Source: Geosiphon pyriformis uo1
Taxonomy: Eukaryota; Fungi; Glomeromycota
Length of the DNA stretch: 64,000 nucleotides
Assembly (NCBI GenBank): GCA_016748015.1
Contig: JAAOMT010000599.1
Span: forward strand, 186,001-250,000
Reading direction: 5' to 3'
The number at the start of each line of letters is the position of its first letter. The stretch's first letter is position 1. Positions 12,278 to 22,744 of the stretch are shown here, piece by piece. Both the position numbers and the translations under genes were made by a program. The notes under the pieces are model-generated. The model was not told the origin of the DNA, made no database searches, and saw only the letters and a list, made by a program, of their open reading frames with translations.

Positions 12278-14019
12278 CTACACACCTAAATTTCTTATTA
12301 CAAGGAAGCCATGCAGAAAACCAAAATCCAAACTGGCCAAACATGAATACAACCCAAAACACACATGAATACCTAGCCTGAAGCCAAAATTCCAGATTGT
12401 TTCAGTAGACCACAAAAAAGACAAACCAGACACCGAAGGAATAGAAAAGCTATCATGTGGCAGAAGATTATATTTTTTATAATATGCCCTCAACTTAGCT
12501 GCTAACAGCCAAACAGCAGTCTTGTGGCTCTCAGCAAAATGATGAACAAAATCCATTACCAATTCACTCTTATCAGAGTTAGCACCTAAACGGTCCAACG
12601 TGTTAACCACTCAATTTTTTAACACAAAACTTTTAGCCAGTGCTGTAAACAAATCCATAAAAGTAGCAGCTTTATTCAGCAATACAGCAACTATATTACT
12701 ATTGGCAGAAGCATCCAGCAGTACACTCCACTTCAAAGCAGCATTAGACAATAAGGTACTCTGAATATTGACATTATAACTACAAGAAAAAACGTGATCA
12801 AAGTCTTTCACTAACTTACACCAAATGCAGGCGATACTCGGGTAATTCGGATTATACATCTTTTTTTTTTTGGCCACTAACAAGTGATGATGAAGCACCT
12901 TTATGAAATATGACTAAAGTGTTGCCAATGCAGAGCTAGTGTAACCAGATCTGATTTTGCTATCAGGATGCCAAACACAAAAAGTTCTGGATTTATCAAA
13001 ATAGTTACAGAGATCCATACTAATGACACTACCAACACATCTGGCCTTCCATCCAACAAAGTGAACAGCATTGAATAATTTTTTGGTTACATGACAAGTG
13101 TTTTCAGAAACAGGTCTGTCTTCAACATTGAGAAAGCAATAAGATACCACAAGAGACAAGAAAAACTCAGAAGTGACAGTTGTATTAGTATAGAAATCAG
13201 CACGTTTATTTCCAATAACACCAGAATGACCTTTAACCTTATTCTATGTAATCAACAAATCTTTTTTGGAAATGACACGATGGATATGTTCTCTCTTGAT
13301 CCAGCATTTGTTGCAAAAATCAGGACCAGCAAAGCCACTGGCAAATTTGCATATGTTCAGCAAAGCTTGGCTGTCCATATACAAGTCAACAGATCAAGAA
13401 GCAGACACACATTTTAAAGCAAGTGCAATGGCCTGTAGTTCCACTAGAATTGACGACAGCAATCCATTTACCCTAAATCCAACACTAGTGTTCACATCTG
13501 GAAAGTAGGCAGCAGCACCATCACAAGCTTGTACCAAATCCAAATCTTTAATAGAACTGTCCGTGTATACGGTTATAGAGCCCAATTCAGAATTCAGCAG
13601 ATGCCTGCCAATGTAACCAAAGTCACAAGAAGAATCAGTAGAAATAGAGCTAGAAGACAACAGCACACTATTCAACAATTCACCTTCAACAATAAATTTG
13701 ACCAAAGAAGCAAACCAGACAGGAACTAGAGTCCAGCTTCTTCCATCTGTGAAATGTGTTTTATATAAAACACTTGCCATGGCAGTCCAAAAACTGGGCT
13801 GCAAACACCACACTATATCTTCTAAGAGACTTTACTATGCCCAAATAAGACTCAAAACCAAGCACATCCAAGACTACAACATTATTCCTGGCCTGAAAAA
13901 CATCAGGCAGATTACTGCCCAATAACAGGTTGCACAATTTGAGAACATGTGTCATGTTTGTCAAAAAGCAGTTCATGGAATTAACCAGTAACTTAATCAG
14001 AAATTTAAAAGGGTGTTGG
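12278..14019 (-). pseudogene. LINE-A ORF2 C-terminal part (RNase H and CCHC zinc knuckle), with stops and frameshifts
   Basis: ORF fragments 13394-13813, 12914-13159, 12611-12898 and 12278-12610 are collinear with ORF2 of copy C (42.0-43.4 kb). Both end in ..GV*. Confidence 0.85.
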
Positions 14020-14925
14020 TGTTACCGGAGGTTTTTGGTCTCTTTTCTTAAATGTTGTTAATGTTGATTTGTTGTGAATTCACGTTTCCAGGAAGTAGTT
14101 AGACCTCCAGCAACTGAATTTATCTTCAAATTATCTCCTATAATTTGAACTTACTGGGCTTATGAGTGGAATAGCCAATTCCATGCCAGTTGCTTTATGT
14201 AGTTATGTTGTAGTAAACATCAACTTTTTCCCAGGAATTGCTCGTCTGGAAGCTCACTAAAAATGTGTAGTTACTTTGCTGTGAAAGTCAACTCTTCTAC
14301 AGGAATCTTGTTTGTAGGCTATCTTAATGATTGTAATAAGAAAAAAAAAGAAAAATAAAAGAAATGTAAAAGAAATAGGATTTTATCAAGAGAAATGTTT
14401 TTCTATCCAGGCCTGGAGTCACTAACAGTTTACTGAAATTGGTAGCTAATCAATTTCAAAATATTAGTTGGGTTTTGGGGATTTTCCAAGTGCAATAATT
14501 AAAAAATTTGGTTTTTCGAATTTATTTTGATATTTATTTCTTTTTGTGTACATAGAAATGGTTTTTAAGTGATAAATCTAAAGTAAGATACATTTTCTCA
14601 AAGAGAGATGCTCTTTTTTTATACAACTTGTCGTAACACTATTCTATGAACTTGAACTTTGCTATTTTCTACAATTTCGCTGAACTAAAGATACATTTCG
14701 GTGAACTACAAGTTATTTCTGTGAACTATTAGATATTTTGGTGAACTATCAATTATTTCAGCAAATTTCTACAAATTTCGGCAAACTTTTGAATGTTACA
14801 TAGTTTGGGGTATTGCATGATTGATCATCACAATTAGGTTACATTTGTGTTGTGTACAATTTGGGTTATTAATTAAATGATAATTTCGGACATTTTTGCT
14901 AATGTAATAAGTGATAATTTGAAAT
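14020..14925 (-). repeat. 3' LTR of the Gypsy element (inner ~78 bp fall in an N gap)
   Basis: Collinear with 22745-23650 with no net indel; starts TGTTACCGGAGG on the + strand. Confidence 0.95.
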
Positions 14926-15376
14926 NNNNNNNNNNNNNNNNNNNNNNNNNNNNNNNNNNNNNNNNNNNNNNNNNNNNNNNNNNNNNNNNNNNNNNNNNNN
15001 NNNNNNNNNNNNNNNNNNNNNNNNNNNNNNNNNNNNNNNNNNNNNNNNNNNNNNNNNNNNNNNNNNNNNNNNNNNNNNNNNNNNNNNNNNNNNNNNNNNN
15101 NNNNNNNNNNNNNNNNNNNNNNNNNNNNNNNNNNNNNNNNNNNNNNNNNNNNNNNNNNNNNNNNNNNNNNNNNNNNNNNNNNNNNNNNNNNNNNNNNNNN
15201 NNNNNNNNNNNNNNNNNNNNNNNNNNNNNNNNNNNNNNNNNNNNNNNNNNNNNNNNNNNNNNNNNNNNNNNNNNNNNNNNNNNNNNNNNNNNNNNNNNNN
15301 NNNNNNNNNNNNNNNNNNNNNNNNNNNNNNNNNNNNNNNNNNNNNNNNNNNNNNNNNNNNNNNNNNNNNNNNNNNN
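14926..15376. other. Assembly gap (N run)
   Basis: Run of N characters. Confidence 1.
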
Positions 15377-15642
15377 ATGAATTTGGGGCTAAATTTGTAA
15401 CTACTTCTGTTTGGGTATAATTAATGTGGTTTCCAGTAACAGTAATGGATAATTCGGGTATTGTTTTTAAAGCTAACATTAGTTTTTGGAATAATTGTTG
15501 AATGTTTTGAGGAATAGTCATTATAAGCAATTTAAAATAAAAGAAAATTATTTTTGGTGTATGGGTTTTTATGTTATTTTTGTTTTGTTTTTGTGAGATT
15601 GTTTCTAAATTATAAGAAGATAACTATAATAATAAATTTAAA

Positions 15643-17030
15643 TTAAGTGTTCAAGTTGGGAGGCTGTTCAATGACAACTATTGGTTCTAAATTTTGGGGA
15701 ATGTCTTTGGGATTAATTAAAGGGGAATGTGTACCAATTTATGGAATTAATGGTTCAGGATTGTTTCTGGAATTATAGTGTTTCAAACAATCTCCATGTG
15801 CAACTTTTGCTAGAATTTTGTCATCAAGTCTTAGCTTGTATGATCCATTGCCTAAAACTTCATGGATAAAGAATGGTCCATCCCATTTATTCTCAAATTT
15901 TCCATTCCATTGTTTTTCAGCTTTAGTTCTGTGTAAGAGAACTTTGTTTCCAATTTTAAATTCATTAGTGACTGAAGGCAATTTGTCATCATGCTGTTCT
16001 TTTTGTTGAGCTTGGGAGTGTTCAATATGAGTGGCTGCTATTTGTCATTTTCCTTCCAATGTGCTAAGCCGAGTGTAGGCTCTTCGCTGAAGCATTTCTT
16101 GGAAATTGTTTTCATCAATTGGTTGTGCTGGGTATGTTTCCACTGTAAAACTAATTGGTAATATTGCCATTCTTCCATAAGTTAAATCAAATGGTGTGTG
16201 TTTCGTGATATCTTGTTTTAGTATCCTATATGCTAGTAACACTGATGGAATAAAGAGATCCCATTCTTGCTCAAAATCGGTTGAGACTTTGGCTAATGAT
16301 TCACACAATGTTCTGTTGAACCATTCTACAAGTCTATTTGTTTGTGGATGGTAGGGTGAAAATAATGGTCTTTTGATATTAAATTGTCCACAAATTTCCT
16401 GGATTAAATTTGTTCACGAAATGTGTTCCTTGATCAAATAAAAGTTCTATTGAGCATTCATGTCTACAAATGATGTCTTCATAGATGAAGTTTGCTACTG
16501 ATTTTGCATCTGCCCGTTGAATGACTCTGGCTTCAGGCCATTTGGTGAGATAGTTTATGGCTACTGCAATATAACGGTTTTCTTGATTTGTGATAGGTAG
16601 TGATCCGACTAAATCAATACCAACTTTGTTAAAAGGCTGTCCAACTTTGATTGGGTTTAAAAGTTCTGTAGGGCGAGTTCCTCCTCTTTTTTGACAACTA
16701 TCACAAGATTTGACATATTCATGAATGTCTTTTCTTATTCGAGGCCAAAAGTAGTATTCTAGTGTTCTTTGGGTGGTGCTGTCTTTTCTGAAGTGTGCTG
16801 ATGAAGGATTTGAGTGCATGTTGTATAATATAGTCTCTTTTTTTTGTTCTTGTATTAATCTGAGTGGTTTGTTTGGGTTTTTGAAATTTTAATGATAAAT
16901 AATATTGTTGTATAGAAAATATTGTTTGGCTTGTTGTTGTAGTCGATGTTTTTCATCTGGAGACCAATCTGTTGGGATTGTTAATGTTTCCAAATATTGT
17001 TTGAGATTGTTGTAGTTTTTTGAATTTATT
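15643..17030 (-). pseudogene. Gypsy integrase (HHCC, DDE core, GPF-type C-terminal module)
   Basis: HSNPSSAHF...YYFWP...CDSCQK; VGIDLVG; YLTKWPEA; FDQGTHF; KWDGPFFI; C-terminal EPIVVIE. One frameshift near 16.4 kb. Confidence 0.9.
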
Positions 17031-17080
17031 GTTTGTTGGCTCTTTTGGTTGGTTAAGTTGAGTGTTGGTTTTTGTGTTTT

Positions 17081-18440
17081 CTAATCTTGTCTCATTCTGG
17101 AGAGACAGTCAACATTGGTGTGGAGTTTTCCTGGTTTGTGATGTACTATGTATTGATAGTTTGCTAGAAATCCTGTCCATCAGATTTGTTTTGCATTCAG
17201 CTGAGTATTTTTGTTCTAAAGCCATTTAAGTCCAATATTATCAGTAATAATATCGAATTCTTTAGGCCTAAGATAAAGGTTGAAGTGGTGTAGGGCCCAA
17301 ATTGTGGCTGCTGTTTCTAGTTCTGTGGTAGAATAATTTTTCTCAGCTGGTTTTAATGTTCTACTGACATAGGCAATTACTCGCTCATTTCCATTGTCAT
17401 CCAATTGTGATAGGATAGCACCAAAGACAGTATAAGAGGCATCTGTTGCTAATTGGAATCAGTTGCTGAAATCTGAATAGGCAAGGATTGGAGCTGTTGT
17501 CAGTTTTTCCTTGAGAATTTCAAAAGCTTTTTGGTGTTTGGTAGTTCATTTGTATTCAACATTTTTCGTGGTGAGCTGGTTGAGGGATTTTGCAATTTCT
17601 GAGAATCCTTTGATAAACTTCCGATAGTAGGATGCTAATCCTATGAATCCTCTTAGTTCTGTAGTGTTTTGAGGAGTTTTGAAGTTTTTGACAACACTGA
17701 TTTTTTCAGGGTCCGGTTTGATTCTATCTTTACTAATGATATGCCCAAGGAAGACCAAGCTTGTTTTTCCAAAGTAGCATTTTTCGATGTTGAGTTTTAG
17801 TCTTGCTTTTCGTAATCGTTGAAAAACTTCTTGTAGATGTTTTAAGTGTAATTTGAATGATGGAGAATAAACATCAGTATTGTCAAGATAAACAACTATT
17901 GACTTCCAAAGAAGTCCTTGGTACACAACATCCATTAATCTCTGAAACGTTGCTGGTGCATTGCATAATCCGAAAGGCATTACATTGAACTTGTAATTTC
18001 CGTCTTGGGTGGTGAATGCTGTCTTGGGGCGATCTTTGGGATCCATAGCAACTTGCCAGTAATTGCTTTCTAAATCTAGTGTTGAAAAGTATTTGGATTT
18101 TCCAAGGGCATCTAACATGTCATTAATCCGGGGAAGGGGATAGATGTCTCTAATTGTAACACTGTTAAGTTGTCAATAGTCAACACAAAATTGGATCTTT
18201 CCATTTTTCTTTTTAACTAGCACTACAGGTAAAGCCCAAGAACTTATGAAGGGTTGGATGAGCCCATTGTTAAGTATTTGTTGTACTTCTTCTCGGATGA
18301 ATTGGTGGCTTTATGGAGCAACTCAATATGCTTGTTGTCTTCTTGGTTTGGCATTTCCTGTATAAATTTGGTGTTGGACCAAATTGGTTCTTCCTAAGTC
18401 ATTGTTGTTTTCAGCAAAGATATCAGCAAATTCTGCAATT
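17081..18440 (-). pseudogene. Gypsy reverse transcriptase and RNase H
   Basis: NDLGRTNLVQHQI; YFSTLDL; KTAFTT; VMPFGLCNAPATFQRLM; VVYLDN (YxDD decayed by G>A); FLGHII; LRGFIGLASYYRKFI; ATDASY; VIAYVSR..AEKNYSTTELE. Confidence 0.92.
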
Positions 18441-18919
18441 AGCTCTTTGAGCTGGGTTTGTTGTTGTGGTTCAAGTTGTTCCATGTTAATTCGAGATAGT
18501 TTTTCCATAACAACATGGTAGTTTTTGGAGCTGGAGTTTGGGTTGATTTTTGGTAGTGAATGTCCAATAATTTCAGAGAAATCGGGGACTGTTTGGGGTA
18601 ATTCTTGTTGAAATATATTACTGTGAATAACTCCAATTTCTAAATTATTTAATAAAATTATGGGGTAATTATTGGGGTTGTAAAAAGTAACTCGGACTTT
18701 CTTTGTTCCTTCTGGAATATAAATGTTTGGGATCGAAATATAATGTTCCAAGCAGACTTGTTCATTGGACTCAAAAATTTGTTGTGTGGTTGTTGGCTTT
18801 GGGCAGGTGTAGATTTCCAGATGTTATCCAAAGAGTGAGATGGCAATCGGTTGTGGAAGTCTGAGAATCTGGTGGGATTCGTTTTGTGTGTTAAAAGCTA
18901 TATTAACTGAAATTATGAA

Positions 18920-19350
18920 TCATCCAGTTGAACCAAAACCTTGGGTTCCTCTATCGCTTTTTCCTAATTGTTCTCTTTGATTGACTAGTTGCAAACCCAA
19001 AATGTTGATTAAGAATAGGTAAATAGCTTGGGCAATTTTTTCAGCATGTTCAATCTTGAATGGTTTGTTAGTTTCATTTTGAAGCATCACTGTAATGTCT
19101 CCAGTATATCCAGCATCGATTATTTCTCCTCTGACATTGATTTTTTTGCTTGCCAGAGAGGACCGGAAGGTGATTTGAACCATTGCTCCTGGTGGGATTT
19201 CGAGTGCAATTTTGAGATTGATTTTTGTGAGAGATTTGGGTTTGAGAACAAGAGTATCCTTGTCTGGATATCTTAGGTCATATCCAGCATCAATTTTGTG
19301 TGCTTTTTCGGGTTTTATTCCATGTTCATTGTTGTTGAAGTATTTAAGTT
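18920..19350 (-). pseudogene. Trimeric dUTPase domain within the Gypsy polyprotein
   Basis: All five dUTPase motifs are present in order: DAGYDL, RSSLA, IIDAGYTGDI, EKIAQAI, DRGTQGFGSTG. Confidence 0.93.
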
Positions 19351-20289
19351 GTAAGGTAGGCTGATTTTTGATAAGGTAGATAGGTGTTGTTTTAATTTTT
19401 TCCATTGCTTCAGGTTCTCCAAATTCAATTTCGTTCTCATCATTTTTGCTGGGCAAGGGAATACTAAGAGCGTAGCATTCAGGACACTACTGTTTATTGC
19501 AAGGCATAATGCATTCTTCACATAGCCTAATGTTTATTTGCTCTAATCATTGAATTTGAGCTTCTTGGGTTGGGTAGATGTGACTTGCAATTTGGTAGTA
19601 GACTTCTACTTTGTTTTCGTAATTAAATCTAGTTAATTCCATGGTGTATTCAATGTATTCTGCTTCCTTCATTTGATGAACATCTTTTTTGGTAGCTCCA
19701 TTAATTAATGCCATTGCTAGGTCGAAAATCATCTCAGCATCATGAGAATAGTGATAAAGTTTGTTGAGAGCACTGTTGTATGCCGCATTAAAGGGTGTTC
19801 CTTTTTTTACTTTTTCTGAAATTGATAAAGCATATTGGCAGGTCTGATCACAGACTCCTCCTCTTATGGCTACATCAATCCAATTGCATTCTTCTGGTAG
19901 CATATCTTCACAAGTCAAACAAGGGGTGTTGTCCCATTTTCCGCTCATTTTTATTAGATGGCCCCATTGTTCTCTGTGGCAAGTCTTGCAGTAATAACAA
20001 GTATAATTTTCATATTCTTCTTCAGGTGAAATGCAGGCTCCCATTGACGATAGTTTCTTGTGGCAGTCCTTACATTTAAGAGAAATATAAGGGTGTTGTT
20101 TCCTTGGTTCGGGTTTTGAGTAAGGAATATTCCATTCAGAGGTTTTGGGTTCAGAGTGTGGAGTAAAATGTTCTTGTTCTGTTTCATCGGCCCAGTTGGA
20201 CATTGATCCAAGAGCCATGAATGTTTCAATGAAAAGTTTTTTCTCTTCCGGTTTGAATTCAAAAACTGGGGCTTTTTCAGAGCATTTGT

Positions 20290-20720
20290 TGAATGTACCA
20301 CAAGTGGCAGGTACCTGGGCATGTTGTTCTTGGTAGGAGATTGTTAATTCTTGTGTTTCCCAATTCAAATTAGCATTGGCTTTTTGAAGCCAATCATTTC
20401 TGATAAGAGCTTGGTACTGGGGTGCATCCATTACAAGAACTTTGACTAGAATGGTGATTCCATCAAGAGTGAATGAAAAATTGTCAATTTTTTCTACTGG
20501 GGTCTTTTTCATGCCATCGGCAATGATAATTACTGTTTGAGCTAGTCAGTCGACATTTCTCTTCAACTGTTGCATTAACTGGTAGGTGATAATGCTTCCA
20601 GCAGATCCACTGTCTAGGATCAAGTGAATTGTCTTTCCTTTGACTTCTGCTTCAGTGTACATAGCCATGATTGCTTTTTGTTTATTGGCGGCTGCATTGC
20701 TAAGCAGAAATGGTGACTCA
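20290..20720 (-). pseudogene. Retroviral-type aspartic protease domain
   Basis: IHLILDSGSAGSII (DSG catalytic motif) and QALI(G>R)NDWL flap/C-terminal motif. Confidence 0.85.
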
Positions 20721-21205
20721 TTTGCTTCGAACTCAAAAGGGAATATATCTGAAAGGTTAGCATTTTCAGTGATTCTGACTGGTGGGATTGTGGTAAGAGT
20801 ATAGGAAGAGTTTTGTTGTTGTGCTGCAGCTCTACCTTCCGAGGGTGCAGTATGGTGAAAATCCTGTTCTTCTGGCATTATTAAATAACTGAGTTGAGTG
20901 TGGTAGTGGTTGGGTTTTGGTTGAGTGGAATTTCAGGGAACCAATTGGTTGTTTGAACTGATTCTATTGTTGTTTACTTGGTATTGGTTTTGTGGTGTGA
21001 ATTAATTTTGTGTAATCAGTCTTCAAGCAGGTACTTGATAATGTTGTATGAGTGGTTGTTGGTATTGTTGTTGAATTGGCTGTGGGGCAGGCTGATAATA
21101 GTTATTTTGGTATTGGGGTCTTGGTAAATAGTAAGCTGGTGGTGGTGGTTGATAATAAGATTGCTGTGGTGGAGGGTAACATTGATTACTCCTATTTTGT
21201 TGGTC

Positions 21206-22699
21206 TCATTGTAGCTTTCTGCAATCTCTTTTCCAGTAGCCAGAGATTCCACAGTAATGGCAATTCTGAAGCTGGTTATTGGAAAGTAGTGCAAAGTTAT
21301 TTTGATTTTGTCTTTGGAGTGGTTGATATCTTTGGGGTTGCTGTTGTTGTTGATTGGTGAAATAATTTTCAACCTTCTTTGTGAGTTGGTCAATTTTTTC
21401 CTCAGCTGCTGAGCTGGTTTCTCCAATTGCCAAATTTACAAGTTTTATGTGATTGGCCTCTTCCATGGCCATTTTGTATCTTTTCGCATGCTGTATGGCA
21501 GAGTTTAAATCTTCTGGCACATGTGGGCGAACCTTTTTAATTATTTTATCTTTTAGACCAGCGATAAATTGATCCAAGATTTAAGCATCAGAATAATAAT
21601 CGTTTGTTTCAAGTTGGCAAATTCATCTGAGAAGTTTGTTGAATTTCCCAATATAAGTCATAACAGATTTGGAGGGTTTTTGTTTAATATTTTGAAAACG
21701 ATTGCGAAGGGTGATAGAGGTATTATTGTCAGTGAACTGTTCAAGGAAGACTGCTTTGAAAGTATTCCAATCATTGAATGGAATAGCCAAGTTTTCAAAC
21801 CATTCTCCTGCTGTTTCTTTGAGAAAGTAGGAAATTGTTCTTAATATTCTGGCAGCATTCCATTCATTTGCATCTCCAGCTTTAGTAACTTGGTCGAGCC
21901 ATTCTTGGGGACTGGTCTCAATATCTTTTCCATTAAATTCAGGGATTTTTGCAATGTATGTTGTCATTTTGTCTTCTTCGTTTTCACTGTCTATTGATTC
22001 TTCTTTAGTTATTTCAGAGTTGTTTTCTTCATTTGCTGCTGTCTCAGAGTGTTTACTTTGATTTTCAGCTAGAAAATCAAGGAGATTGGAACTAGTTTGA
22101 AGGGGTTCTTGTTATCTGGTAGGACTTCTGAGTGATGTAAAATCTTCTGGTCTTGCAAATTAATTCAAGGGTAAATTAGGTGTTTGTGCTTGTGCAAGTG
22201 AAGCTGGAAAAGATGTGATAGTAAGTGGAAATTTTGAACTGGTTCTTTGTTCAGGTGTTTGTAAATGTTTGGCAGTTGTTTTTGGTAGTGTTGGAGTATT
22301 TGGGGTGGTTCTTGAGTATTGCTTCAATTTGTTTTTGCCTTTGTTGCTTGTTTCTGTTTCCAATTCAAAATTAATAGTGTATTAAGACTGCACTGGATAT
22401 GTTTCTTCACAGTATTTGATAATGTTAAAATTAAGTTTGTGAAAGTAAGTGGCAAGTGTTTCACTGTTAAGGTCTTCAGTTTTCAACTGTGAATAGTGTG
22501 CTAAATTATTGTAAAGATTGCTTCTAACTTCTGAGATATTGTAATTTCCAAAAAGATAATTGTTGATGTGGTTTTCAATGTATTGGTATACTGATTTCTT
22601 GACAACTTCAATTCCGTCTGGAATGTTGAATCTTTGCTTGCAGTGGGTGTAAATTGACTGGTAATACTCTAGAGTTGTTGCATCTGGTGTGGTTGCCAC
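21206..22699 (-). pseudogene. Gypsy gag (capsid-like region + CCHC nucleocapsid) with an in-frame N-terminal extension
   Basis: MTTYIAKIPEFNG...EWL...WFE..; DQFIAGL; CHYCGISG[H>Y]WKRDC. All fragments are in the same frame as PR-RT. Confidence 0.85.
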
Positions 22700-22724
22700 T
22701 TTGAAGTTGTTTTTGCTGTGTTGT

Positions 22725-22742
22725 TTCCGTGGGAGAGCACCA
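22725..22742 (-). promoter_or_regulatory. Primer-binding site (18 nt) of the Gypsy element
   Basis: Minus strand TGGTGCTCTCCCACGGAA begins 2 nt after the 5' LTR and is complementary to a tRNA 3' end UUCCGUGGGAGAGCACCA. Confidence 0.85.
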
Positions 22743-22744
22743 AA

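Noticed and set aside
14674-14787. CRISPR-like repeat-spacer array
   Set aside because: The period is only 20 bp, it lies inside a eukaryotic LTR and there are no cas genes. It is treated as an enhancer-like repeat.
14796-15380. Long ORFs spanning the N gap
   Set aside because: They are open only because of Ns; the part inside the LTR is non-coding U3.
17081-17083. TAG between RNase H and integrase as a programmed read-through or separate ORF
   Set aside because: It cannot be distinguished from the many CAG/TGG>TAG decay stops in this single copy.
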